Below are positions 53,530-64,000 of a stretch of DNA of 64,000 nt, piece after piece. How positions within the stretch are numbered: the stretch's first letter is position 1; each line of letters starts with the position of its first letter. The notes under the pieces are model-generated. The model worked only from the letters and a program-made list of their open reading frames with translations. It was not told the DNA's origin and searched no databases. The translations under genes and the position numbers were made by a program. The stretch is taken from contig OX597830.1 in the NCBI GenBank assembly GCA_951406725.2, forward strand, positions 63,488,001 to 63,552,000. The letters run 5' to 3'. Source of the DNA: Octopus vulgaris. Its lineage: Eukaryota.

Positions 53530-55384
53530 CACCTTGGGCAACTGTTTGTCTTCTGCTATAGCCTTGGGCTGACCACAGCCTTGTGAGTAGATTTGGTAGG
53601 TGGAAACTTAAGGAAGCCTGTCATATGTGTGTGTGTGTGTGTGTTTGTGTCTGTGATTGTCCCCCACTACCTCTTGACAACCAGTGTTGGTGTGTTTATG
53701 TCCCTATGACTTCCAGGTTGGCAAAAGAAACTGATAGAATAAGTATCAGGCATAACAAGGAAACTAAGTACTGGGGTTAATCTATTTGACTAGAATCCTT
53801 CAAGACAGTGCCCCAGCATGGCCACAATCTAATGACCAAAACAAGTAAAAGATGAAGATAAAAGACTAAAGATTGCTCCAGTCCGTTCAGTTGTAAACGA
53901 GTTCCAGCAACAGCTAGTGATTTAACCCTGTGATGGACTGGCTTCCCCATCCAGGTGGTGTTGGGGATATTGTAATCTTGATCACTTATATGTTAACAAA
54001 CGCAAGCGTGGTTGTGTGGTAAGAAGCTTGCTTACCAACCACATGGTACCGGGTTTAGTTCCACTGCATGGCACCTTGGGCAAGTGTCTTCTACTATAGC
54101 CTCATGCCGACCAAAGCCTTGTGAGTGGATTTGGCAAACCGAAACTGAAAGAAGACCGTCATATATATGTATATGTTTGTGTGTGTGTGTTTGTCCCCTC
54201 AACATCACTTGACAACCGATGTTGGTGTGTTCATGTCCCTGTAACTTAGTGGTTCAGCAAAAGAGTCCGATAAAATAAGTAGTAGGCTTACAGAGAATAA
54301 ATCCCAGGGTCGATTTGTTTGGCTAAAGGCAGTGCTCCAGCATGGACACAGTCAGATGACTGAAACAAATAAAAGACTAAAAGAATAGACCATCCGGTAA
54401 ATTTATATTTTTCCAGAATGAGGAAAGGGTTAAAGATATGATGGGTGTCCAGCTGTAAAACAATGCCTCAACATGAGTATTCATGTAACCCATGCTAGTT
54501 TGGAATAAAACAAACAAGGTTTTGGTTGGCCTGGGGCAACAGCAGAAGACACTTGCCCAAAGTGCCACATAGTGGGACTGAACCTGAAACCACGTGACTG
54601 GAAAGTGAATTCCTTAACCACACAGCCACACCTGCACCTATATTAAAATGTATCCCTTCCTCCTCCTCATCATCATCATCACCACCACCATCATCATCAT
54701 AATCATTTAGTGCCCATTTTCCATGCTGGCATGGGTTGGCTGGTTTGACGAGCTCGTGAGGCTTGGAGCTGCACCTTGCTTCATAGTCTGTTCTGGCATG
54801 GTTTCTTGGGCTGGATGCCCTTCCTAATGCCAACCACTCAGCAGAGTGTACTGGGTGCTTTTTATGTGGCACCAGCACCAATGTTTAACTCTATTAAATA
54901 AAGATTTCTAAGCAGTCTCTAATGACCGGACAATGTCGAAATACAAAAGAGCGTTTATAAAAAGGCAAATATGTTGTAAAGTTTCAATCAATAATAAAGA
55001 AAACAAAATAAAAACCAATAATCAATCAACCAATCAATCAATCAGTGAGATTTTCCATTACTTTAGTCACCTACAGCAATCTTTCTGAAACTGATTCAAT
55101 TAAACTTTGACAAATTCTTTCTGACAAAAAAAAAGCACAAAAATCTGGTCGATCTCATATTTTATTGAATCTAGCAACTACGAATGGAAGCTTATTTACT
55201 GCTTTTTGGCTTCATTAATTAACCATCAGGATATGACAAGCCGACTATAGGGCCATTTTGCTACAGGCCCCATAGAAATAATGGTAAAATATTTCTCCAA
55301 TTGCACCCTATTTATTTTCACCATCATCACCACCACCACCATCATCATCATCACATTCACTTTTCCATGGTTATATGAATCGGA

Positions 55385-55995
55385 CAGGCAGCGTAGGGCT
55401 GGAGAGGAAAAAAAATATAAAAAGCAGTTGTGCTTTGATAACAGTTATATTATAAGAGTTTGTGAAGGTGCATGGTTCAGTGGTTAGAGCATCGGGCTCA
55501 CAATCATGAGGTAATGAGTTCGATTCCCAGGCCAGGCTGTGTATTGTGTTCTTGAGCAAGACACTATTTCATGTTACTCCAGTTCACACAGCTGTAGAAA
55601 TGAGCTGTGACATCACTAATGCCAAGCTGTATTGGCCTTGGCCATTCCCTTGGACAGTATCAGTGGTGGGCAGAGGAGAGGCTGGTCTTCCATAAACAAC
55701 CTTGCTCAGACTTGTGCCTCGGAGGGGAACTCTTTAGGTGCAATCCTCATGTGGAGACACGTAACTCAGTGGTTAGAGCATTGGGCTCACAATCATGAGG
55801 TAGTGAGCTCGATTCCTGAACTGGACTGTATGTTGCATTCATCATCATCATCAACGTTTAACACCCATTTTCCATGCTAGCACGGGTTGGACGGTTCGAC
55901 CAGGGTCTGGGAAGCCAGGAGGCTGCACCAGGCTCCAGTCTGATCTGACAGTATTTTTCTACAGCTGGATGCCCTTCCTAATGCCAACCACTCCA
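55385..55995. repeat. Acceptor copy of the inverted duplication; contains SINE E at 55462-55751 (+)
   Basis: Reverse complement of 45439-46058. Confidence 0.93.
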
Positions 55996-56289
55996 ATGTG
56001 TCACTTCTTTCCAAGCTAGGTAATATTTACCCTATGACTGGACATATTTCCATGGGAAACTGGGAACAAAGGATATCACTTGCATCATAAAGAGCACACT
56101 TAATTAGAAGCATTCCATGATAGACCAAGACAAGGTAATACATGTGCATCGATATGCACACCCACATCCATATGCATTCATACTCTTTTACTCTTTTACT
56201 TGTTTCAGTCATTTGACTGTGGCCATGCTGAAGCACCACCTTTAGTCAAACTAATCAACCCCAGGACATATTCTTTGTAACCCTGGTGC

Positions 56290-56796
56290 TTCCCACACCG
56301 TCCAACCGATTTTAATGATTTTTGGCACATAGGTAGATCACATGCTCTGAAGTTCAAAAAAGGCCTTATTTTCTTGAAAACTCAATAATGCTCAGTTGGC
56401 ATCGATTTTTGTGAGCTCAATTGGGCGTTTGAATGGAAATTTCCATAACGATGTTATTTTTCCTGCAGCTTTTGCATTTTTCCACGTGTAAAATTTCAAC
56501 AAAATCGATAGAATAGGAAATGCTTATTTATATTTGTGTCTTCTGCACCACTGAACATGTCATCGTTGGCTGCAAAAACTCTGCTAAACCAACAAAACTC
56601 TGTTGCCTGCTCTGACCATTCCCCCACCCCCTGCCTGCCTGCCACACATCTGCTTACCCTGCAACAGCTTGCTGAACCAGATTTTACATCGTATTGGGTA
56701 ATAGTTGGCACAAGGAATGTAGATTTCAATACAAGGTCAGAGGTGGGCTTAATTTCAACACAGACAATAGGAGCAATGCTGGAACCGGCAGCTAGT
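56290..56796 (+). mobile_element. Non-autonomous Helitron-like element
   Basis: ccgattttaatgatttttggcaca subterminal motif; 3' GCTGG-AA-CCGGC hairpin followed by CTAG|T. Confidence 0.55.
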
Positions 56797-56803
56797 ACAT
56801 ACA

Positions 56804-57240
56804 TACTGGGTGGTCCAAAAGAAGGTTTGCAGTTATCACGTAAGCACTTTAAATTTCTTTTAAAACATTTTGCTATGTTTAAATTACTATTTTACAATCA
56901 TATTGTTTGTGTACATCTTAAACAGACAATGTATAATCTCTCAGATGCTCAAACTGTCCTCCTTCAACATTGCAACATTCTTCAAACCCCTTCAGAACTC
57001 TGTGACACAGTGTGACACAAATTCCAATTTCTGTCAATTTCAGTGAACGTGTCGAAAATGTAATCTTTTAATTCATTTACTGTTTTGGGATTCTTGTCAT
57101 AAACTTTGTTCCTTACAACACCCCAAAAAAAGAAATCCATTGATGTCAGGTCAGGTGAATGTGGTGGTAATTCGATGCTGCCCTGTCTTCCAAAATAACA
57201 CTGTGGAAAGGCTTGGTTAAGGTAGTCTCTTACTGCCAAC
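56804..57240 (-). mobile_element. Tc1/mariner-superfamily transposase C-terminus plus TIR
   Basis: VRDYLNQAFP..GRQGSIELPPHSPDLTSMDFFFWGVVRNKVY..PKTVNELK; TA-CTGGGTGGTCCAAAAG TIR-like end. Confidence 0.88.
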
Positions 57241-57461
57241 TACTAAATTCACACACAAGGCTCTGGTCAGCCTGAGGCTAAAGTAGAAGATACTTGCTGA
57301 AGGTGCCATGCAGTGGAACTAAACCATGTGGTTGGGAAGCAAGCATCTTACCTCACAGCCACTCCTACATACATACATACACACACACACACACATACTC
57401 ACACACACACACACATATATATACTTATATATATGTGTATGTGTATATATATACATACATA

Positions 57462-57499
<38 letters not shown>

Positions 57500-57664
57500 G
57501 GCTTTCAGTTTCTGCCTACCAAATCCACTCACAAGGCTTTGGTCGGCCCGGGGCTATAGTAGAAAACACTTGCCCAAGGTGCCACACAGTGGGACTGAAC
57601 CCAGAACCATGTGGTTGGTAAGCAACCTACTTACCACATAGCCACTCCTGCGCCTATTTTAATA

Positions 57665-57795
57665 TTTCGTGGTCCATATTTGTACTGAAAATCGAAATTG
57701 AGCAAGCTTTTGCCCTTTTGCTCGACGTGTGGTTTCTGCCCATGCTGAGCTCACCTTGGGACACCTGCATTACCATTTGACAGATGTACCGCCCC
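57665..57795 (-). pseudogene. 28S rRNA-derived fragment
   Basis: Minus strand GGGGCGGTACATCTGTCAAATGGTAATGCAGGTGTCCCAAGGTGAGCTCAG...AAGGGCAAAAGC...GATTTTCAGTAC matches a conserved eukaryotic LSU segment; only about 130 bp, with CpG decay. Confidence 0.88.
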
Positions 57796-58140
57796 TGTTC
57801 TTGACTAAGGGTTGCACATTGGCTGTGTTGGTGCCTGCAAAGGCGCTCAAAATGCATCATGTGCGCTTCACACCAGATAATTAACTGCCACTTGGCGACA
57901 GCCCGATCCCTTCTCCATCGAGTGTCTATTTATCTATTTTTTAAAAAGACAACTATAACAATATACATACATGTATACCATATTATGCTTTACATATATA
58001 ATATATAAAATATAAAAATACCAGTAATTATTAAAATATATAATGTAGAGTATAGAAAGTAGGATAATATCTTACAGCTGTTTCAGCCAAGAGGCCATAG
58101 TACCCCATTCTACATTTATCCCTCCAGTGAATTGAAGTAT

Positions 58141-58439
58141 TTAGAATGTCTTTGATCATAGATGGGGGTCACACTGTATAGTGTAGTCCTAGGTGAATTT
58201 TACCTTGGAAGAAGACCAGTTAGCCATGGTTAGAATGTCTTTGATCATAGATGGGGGTCACACTGTATAGTGTAGTCCTAGGTGAATTTTACCTTGGAAA
58301 AAGATCAGGTAGCCATGGTTAGAATGTCTTTGATCATAGATGGAGGTCACACTGTATAGTGTAGTCCTAGGTGAATTTTGCCTTGGAAAAAGATCAGGTA
58401 GTCATGGTTAGAATGTCTTTGGTCATAGATGGGGCTCAC
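58141..58439. repeat. 89-bp tandem repeat, about 3.4 copies
   Basis: Units start at 58141, 58230, 58319 and 58408 (ttagaatgtctttgatcatagatgg...). Confidence 0.95.
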
Positions 58440-58448
58440 CAAAGAGAA

Positions 58449-58518
58449 TGATTCTTTCAGACAGACAAACTTCATTCATAACAACTTGTGAATGGAGTTT
58501 GTCTGTCTGGGTGAATCA
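58449..58518 (+). ncRNA. Candidate pre-miRNA-like hairpin
   Basis: 33-position stem with 4 G-U pairs and one U-U mismatch, CAAC loop; not a miRNA I recognise. Confidence 0.4.
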
Positions 58519-59878
58519 AAAGACCATATTGTTAGCTTAGTATTGTTAACTTCAAAATAATGTCTATGTTGGGGGCTTTTTTTTCAATGCAGCATTGGGT
58601 ATTGTCTTGTTGATCTATTTGCAAAGGTCAAATGTCCAGGGTGGTGATATTTTGGTGGACATATCACTAACTTCCTATTGTTTTTCTAAAAGAAAAAAAA
58701 AAGAAAGAAAATACAAAGCAAAATCAAAAACCACAACAATCTTTTGGCTTTCCCAGATGTTTTTGAAGATGGTATATTAGCGTTGATATACTATTTGATG
58801 AATGCCTCTCTAGCACAAAACTTCAAGTAATGTGTTTGTGGTCAACTTTGACAATACTCACAAGCAAACACATATGTATCTCTCACTTTCTATGTCTGTC
58901 TCTGTCTCTCACTCTCTCTCAATACAATACCCTAACCATTAAGCCATGTACCTCCCTATATGTATCATTCGATAAGTCTCTCTCTCTGTCTCTTCCTCTC
59001 TCTCTCTTTCTCAATATATATATATGTATATATAGCATGTAGTACATATGTGTGAGTGTGTGTGTGTGTATATGTTTAGTGTGTACATATGTGTATGTGT
59101 ATATATATGCAATGTGCGTGTATGTATGTATATATATATGTATATATGGTTGTGTATATTTATTGATAACATTCTACACCAAGTGACTTCACTGTTTTCC
59201 GTATATGACATATTTTTCTCCCGTGCACTCCAAACCAATTCCTATGATGTGGCTATAGAACAATTTTCCTAGCTGTTGTTGTTGTATTTGTCTGTCTTTT
59301 ATTCTCATAGAACAAAGTTGCCGTTCTGATGCCGAAATTGGTAATGTCTGGAGACAACACTGACAGATTCGCTAAGATAGAATTAATCTAACCATTTCTC
59401 TACAATTTGGCTTCCCATCAAAATATTTTAGTACACATGCTGCTCGTGTGAAAGTGGTGTACTCACGCAACCATGACAGTATGTGGCATACGCATACCCA
59501 CAACTATAACAATCTGCAAATTAGTGTAGTCACATACATACACACACATGGCCATTGCAGTGTGTGGTGTATTCATATATGGAAACTGAACGAAGCCTGT
59601 TGTTTGTGTGTGTGTGGGTCTTTGTGTTTCTGTTTGTTCCCTGTTCACTGCATGACAACTGGTGGTGGTTTGTTTATGTTTTTTTTGTGACTTAGTGGTC
59701 TGGCAAAACGTGATCAATAAAGTAAACACCAAGCTTGAAAAGAATAGAAAAAAAAATGCACTGGAATTAATTTTTATTGACTAAAGGTTCTTCAGCTTGG
59801 TGCTCCAGACTGGGCACAGTTTAATGAGTGAAACAAATAAAAGCTAAAAGATATCTGTCACTGTATGTGAATCATATT

Positions 59879-59921
<43 letters not shown>

Positions 59922-60141
59922 ATGCACACACACACACTCATGCATGCACAGACACACATGCACACACACACACATGCACACACACACTCACACATGCATA
60001 CACACACAGATATGTTTCTCGGAAGATTGGACACAAAGGGCACCGCTTGTATAATGATGATGCTCGTTTACTATTACTAACACACGATGAGAAGCAAGCA
60101 CACACACATACGCACGCACACACACACACACATACGCACGC

Positions 60142-60209
<68 letters not shown>

Positions 60210-60606
60210 AGTTCTTAGAACTCTTTCCGGATGAGAATTTTTGTGTTTTAATATTCTGCCTAGGCATTCTGATTCTAATAAGCTGGCACAGAACTCAATA
60301 CATGTGTGTTTCAGAGCAAAATGTTGGACGAGTACAGAATGGTAATAAGAAAGACAGATGACAAAGGAATAAGTGATTATCATATGAACTTCATTAGAAG
60401 TTATGTGTGTGTAACTCTGCAGGGTGGATGGTGTTAGGAAGAGGGTACCCAACTGTAAAAACCATGCCAAAACAGACACAACAGCCTGGTGTAGTCTTCT
60501 ACCTAGCTGGCTCCTGTTAAACTGTCCAACCCATGCTAGCAGGGAAAGCAGACATTAAATGATGATGATAATAATGATGATGATGATTATATATATATAT
60601 ATATAT

Positions 60607-60910
60607 GGAGGCGCAATGGCCCAGTGGTTAGGGCAGCGGACTCGCGGTCGTAGGATCGCGGTTTCGATTCCCAGACCGGGCGTTGTGAGTGTTTATTGAG
60701 CAAAAACACCTAAAAAGCTCCACGAGGCTCTGGCAGGGGGTGGTGATCCCTGCTGTACTCTTTCACCACTCTTTCTCCCACTCTTCCTTCTGTCGGCCTG
60801 CTCGCTTAGCCAGCGGGGTGGCGTCATTCAAAGGCTAAATCAATGCGAACGCATTGTGACCAGCGATGTGTAACATCTGATGGTCTGGTCGGTCACGTGA
60901 TCATGTGATA
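60607..60910 (+). mobile_element. SINE family C, young copy with the alternative tail
   Basis: CpG-rich tRNA-like head; the tail ending ggtcacgtgatcatgtga differs from the 3282 and 12327 copies; flanked by (TA)n. Confidence 0.9.
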
Positions 60911-60952
60911 TATATATATATATCATGTGATATATATATATATATATATATA

Positions 60953-61802
60953 TGGAAAAAAAGTCAAGATAGAAAATGCTAAAATAATTTTATAAAAAAC
61001 ATTTCAGTACCAGTTTCAGTCATTGAGACTTTTTCAACTGTAAGTATGGAAAACAATTAAATTTGGAAAAATTAAAAGAACGCACACACACACACACACA
61101 TATATAGTGAGAATTTACAAAAAAGCAAAAGACAAAGATGGGTGTGTAAACAACAAACAGATGTATTATTTTAATGCTTGGAAAGTGAGAAAGTCGTTTA
61201 AGTTTTGAGCCTACGCTCTTCGACAGAAAGGAACACAGAAATAAACAGGGAGAGAAAATAGAAAAGGTTCAGTGGCTTGTGATCTATCATGGCAATGTAA
61301 TATATATAAAAGTGTAATCTAGATTCAGTTGAATTAGGTACTTAACTTGAGGCACCTTGTTAGGACAAACTTATTTGCACACTCAGATAATATTAGGAGA
61401 GTATCAAATTCTACATAGAATGCTTTTGGAATCATTGTAAATATTTGCTTTCTACTGATGACATGATGTTTAAATATCTAACTTGAACCTTTTCTATTTT
61501 CTCTCCCTGTTTATTTCTGTGTTCGTTTCTGTCGAAGAGCGTAGGCTCGAAACTTAAATGACTTTCTCACTTTCCAAGCATTAAAATAATACATCTGTTT
61601 GTTGTTTACACACCCATCTTTGTCTTTTGCTTTTTTGTAAATTCTCACTATATATGTGTGTGTGTGTGTGTGTGTGTTCTTTTAATTTTTCCAAATTTAA
61701 TTGTTTTCCATACTTACAGTTGAAAAAATCTCAATGACTGAAACTGGTACTGAAATGTTTTTTATAAAATTATTTTAGCATTTTCTATCTTGACTTTTTT
61801 CC
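60953..61802. repeat. 850-bp foldback with about 320-bp composite PLE-like arms
   Basis: 60953-61271 and 61483-61802 are near-identical reverse complements; about 210-bp spacer; (TA)n on both sides. Confidence 0.95.
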
Positions 61803-61995
61803 ATATATATATATATATATATATATCTATCTTGACTTTTTTCCATATATATATATATATATATGCTTGAGGTCTATGCGGTTATCTGATGAGAACGGTT
61901 ATTTTTGTTATGATGTAATGCTTTCATTGATCAATTGAAGGAGTTGTTTGAAACAGCCATAATGAATTGACACTTATACATCTTTGTTACTCATT

Positions 61996-62037
<42 letters not shown>

Positions 62038-62341
62038 GAGGGGATCTTGCAGGCAGATATATATATATATATAATTGTTAAAGAGGATAACAATTGTTAA
62101 TGCAAGGCAAACATCTCAAGTCATATACAGTATTATTATTAGAAACGACTTGAGATGTTTGCCTTGCCTTAATGTTTTCTGTCCTGTTTAACAATTATAT
62201 ATCTGCTGCATTGGAAACCTGCAATGGCTCCATAACTACTGTCTCGGCTGTAACCTTGGAGTGCTGTAATCCTTTACAGCACTTACCTAGCATACCTAAT
62301 CGTTTAGATCAAACTGTGAACTAAAATCCCATACTTTGTAT

Positions 62342-62408
<67 letters not shown>

Positions 62409-62412
<4 letters not shown>

Positions 62413-62706
62413 GGCAAATTTGTTGTTGAAAATGCACCTAAATTTGAAAAACATTTAAACTTGTCAACATCAAAATTTCTGAACATGTTTTTCTAATTCA
62501 TATTCTAAATTTGTCTGTTATGAAGATTTTAATTTGTCAACATTGAAACTTTTAAAGATGTTTTTCTAATTCATAACTTTAAATTTTTACCAGTGATAAA
62601 CAAAAAATATCGTTGAAACTAGTTTGTTATATATGTAAATAATTTCATTTTAAACAATTACAAGTTTTTCAAATTTAGGTGTATTTTCAACCACAAATTT
62701 GCCTAT
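62409..62706. mobile_element. MITE-like element with about 44-bp TIRs
   Basis: tataggcaaatttgttgttgaaaatgcacctaaatttgaaaaac / gtttttcaaatttaggtgtattttcaaccacaaatttgcctata; internal direct repeat. Confidence 0.8.
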
Positions 62707-62741
62707 ATTTTTCCTCTCATGGAAATACACTCCCTCTTTTG

Positions 62742-62785
<44 letters not shown>

Positions 62786-63631
62786 AGAGGATATTGCAGG
62801 CAGAAACTGATAAAAGCCCGTCATTATATATATGTATGGGCTTTTTTTTAGTTTCTGCTTGCAAGACCCTCTCAAAAGGGCTTTGGTTGGCTGGAAGCTA
62901 ATAGCAGAAAGCACTTGTCCAAGGTGCCATGCAGTAGAACTGAACCTGAAACCATGTGGTCAGTGAGGAAATGGTCTTACTACATAGCCATGCCCATATT
63001 GATATAAATAAATCTATCAATTGATAGTGAAATGCTCATCAGTGTTTCAAGCTCTCTTTAATGATTTCCTCTTACAGTTCAGTGCCTGTTTTACAGCTAA
63101 ATGGTCTGAGCTACCATTTGAAATTTCCACTATCTTGGTCATACTTTTTCTTTTTCTCTTATCAACCTGGATTCTCTTTTTCCTTCTTGCTCCATTGCCC
63201 TTCTCCTCTTTCTCTCTCTCACCTTCTCTCTCTCCACTATCTCCTCTCATTCTTTTTCTTCTCTTTTTCTCTAAGCCAATCTCTCCCCTCTCTCTCTTAC
63301 ACACTTCCTTGCTTTATTTCTCTCTCTTTCTCTTTTGTGCTCTATTTCTCTTTCCCTCTTATTCATTCTCACTCTTTCTCTCTCTCTCTCTTGCTCTGTA
63401 TCTCATTTCTCTCTCTCTCTCTTACTTATTCACTACTTGTCTTTTTCCCCTCTCTTTTTCTCTTCCTATATTCTTTTCCTCTTTCTTTCTTATCTACTCT
63501 ATCTACTCTCTCTCTCTCTCTCTGCCACTCTATTTCTCATTCCTACTTTCACTTTTATGTACACTCTACCTCTCCCTTTCTCCCTGTCTATCACCCCCCC
63601 TCCGTGTCTCTGTTTCCTTCTCCTCCTCCAG

Positions 63632-63707
63632 TGTCCTCTCTCCACCTACTCCTTCATCAAAATCTCCACCTTGTGCCAAATCAAAAGAAATCACCATCAA
63701 ACAGGAA
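63632..63707 (+). CDS. Candidate internal coding exon of an unidentified gene
   Basis: Long pyrimidine tract, CCAG| acceptor, GAA|GTAAGA donor; open frame VLSPPTPSSKSPPCAKSKEITIKQE. Confidence 0.45.
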
Positions 63708-64000
63708 GTAAGATTCATTAATCAACTCCTCCCCTTCCCCCTGTCATTGACTGAAGTAGTGTTGAGATGGCCAACTGGATAAGCTAGTAGTCTACTCACT
63801 CTCAGTGTATGAGTTCAAACCCCAGCCTTTTTCGCTATGTTTAGCAGTAACATTTCATTCAACATTACCTCACTTCACAAACTGTAAATGAAACTGGAAT
63901 GAGACAATTTGAAAGCATTATCTGTGAAAGGTTAGCTTCTTATCAAGCAGGAAGCTTGTATTTCATACACTTTGACCTGTGAGAACAAACACTGATTCTT

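Noticed and set aside
56536-57015. 159-aa ORF as a host gene
   Set aside because: It spans a Helitron-like end and a Tc1/mariner TIR and has no recognisable domain.
57665-57795. Functional rRNA gene
   Set aside because: Only about 130 bp with CpG-type decay and no rDNA unit context.
58141-58439. CRISPR-like array
   Set aside because: Whole 89-bp units are repeated with no unique spacers.
60607-60680. Possible tRNA gene (also 3284, 12329, 14660, 55462)
   Set aside because: A and B boxes are present, but the sequence runs on into a SINE body and tail with no clean acceptor stem or terminator.
63021-63782. 253-aa hydrophobic ORF as a membrane protein
   Set aside because: Mostly translation of a CT-rich tract; only 63632-63707 looks exon-like.
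1-64000. Most ORF-track entries (poly-YI, HT, CV, poly-His, poly-Ile, poly-Asp, poly-Glu, SL-rich)
   Set aside because: They are translations of microsatellites, pyrimidine tracts or SINE bodies; the same peptides recur at every SINE copy.

Overview
AT-rich eukaryotic intronic/intergenic DNA with many microsatellites ((TA)n, (CA)n, (ATT)n, (ATC)n, (GA)n) and dispersed repeats. The repeat landscape suggests a coleoid cephalopod, probably octopus (inference). There is no intact protein-coding gene and no intact autonomous transposon; almost all ORF-track entries are microsatellite or SINE artefacts. Recognisable content: at least four tRNA-derived SINE families (labelled A, B, C, E here), decayed RTE, R4/Dong and Penelope-like (PLE) retrotransposons, Tc1/mariner, hAT, piggyBac-like and Helitron/Helentron-like DNA elements, a solo LTR with a 4-bp TSD and a 28S rRNA fragment. 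One plausible coding exon lies at 63632-63707 (...SPPTPSSKSPP...ITIKQE). The most interesting layer is RNA structure. Several different short elements in (TA)n tracts carry minimal type-I hammerhead ribozyme motifs, one of them canonical (3735-3784, minus strand). There are at least eight long hairpins or palindromes, including a near-perfect 249-bp palindrome, an 850-bp composite foldback and a pre-miRNA-like stem. A ~610-bp inverted copy sits 9.3 kb from its apparent donor. Everything was read by eye: boundaries of decayed repeats are approximate and family assignments come from motif recognition, not database searches.
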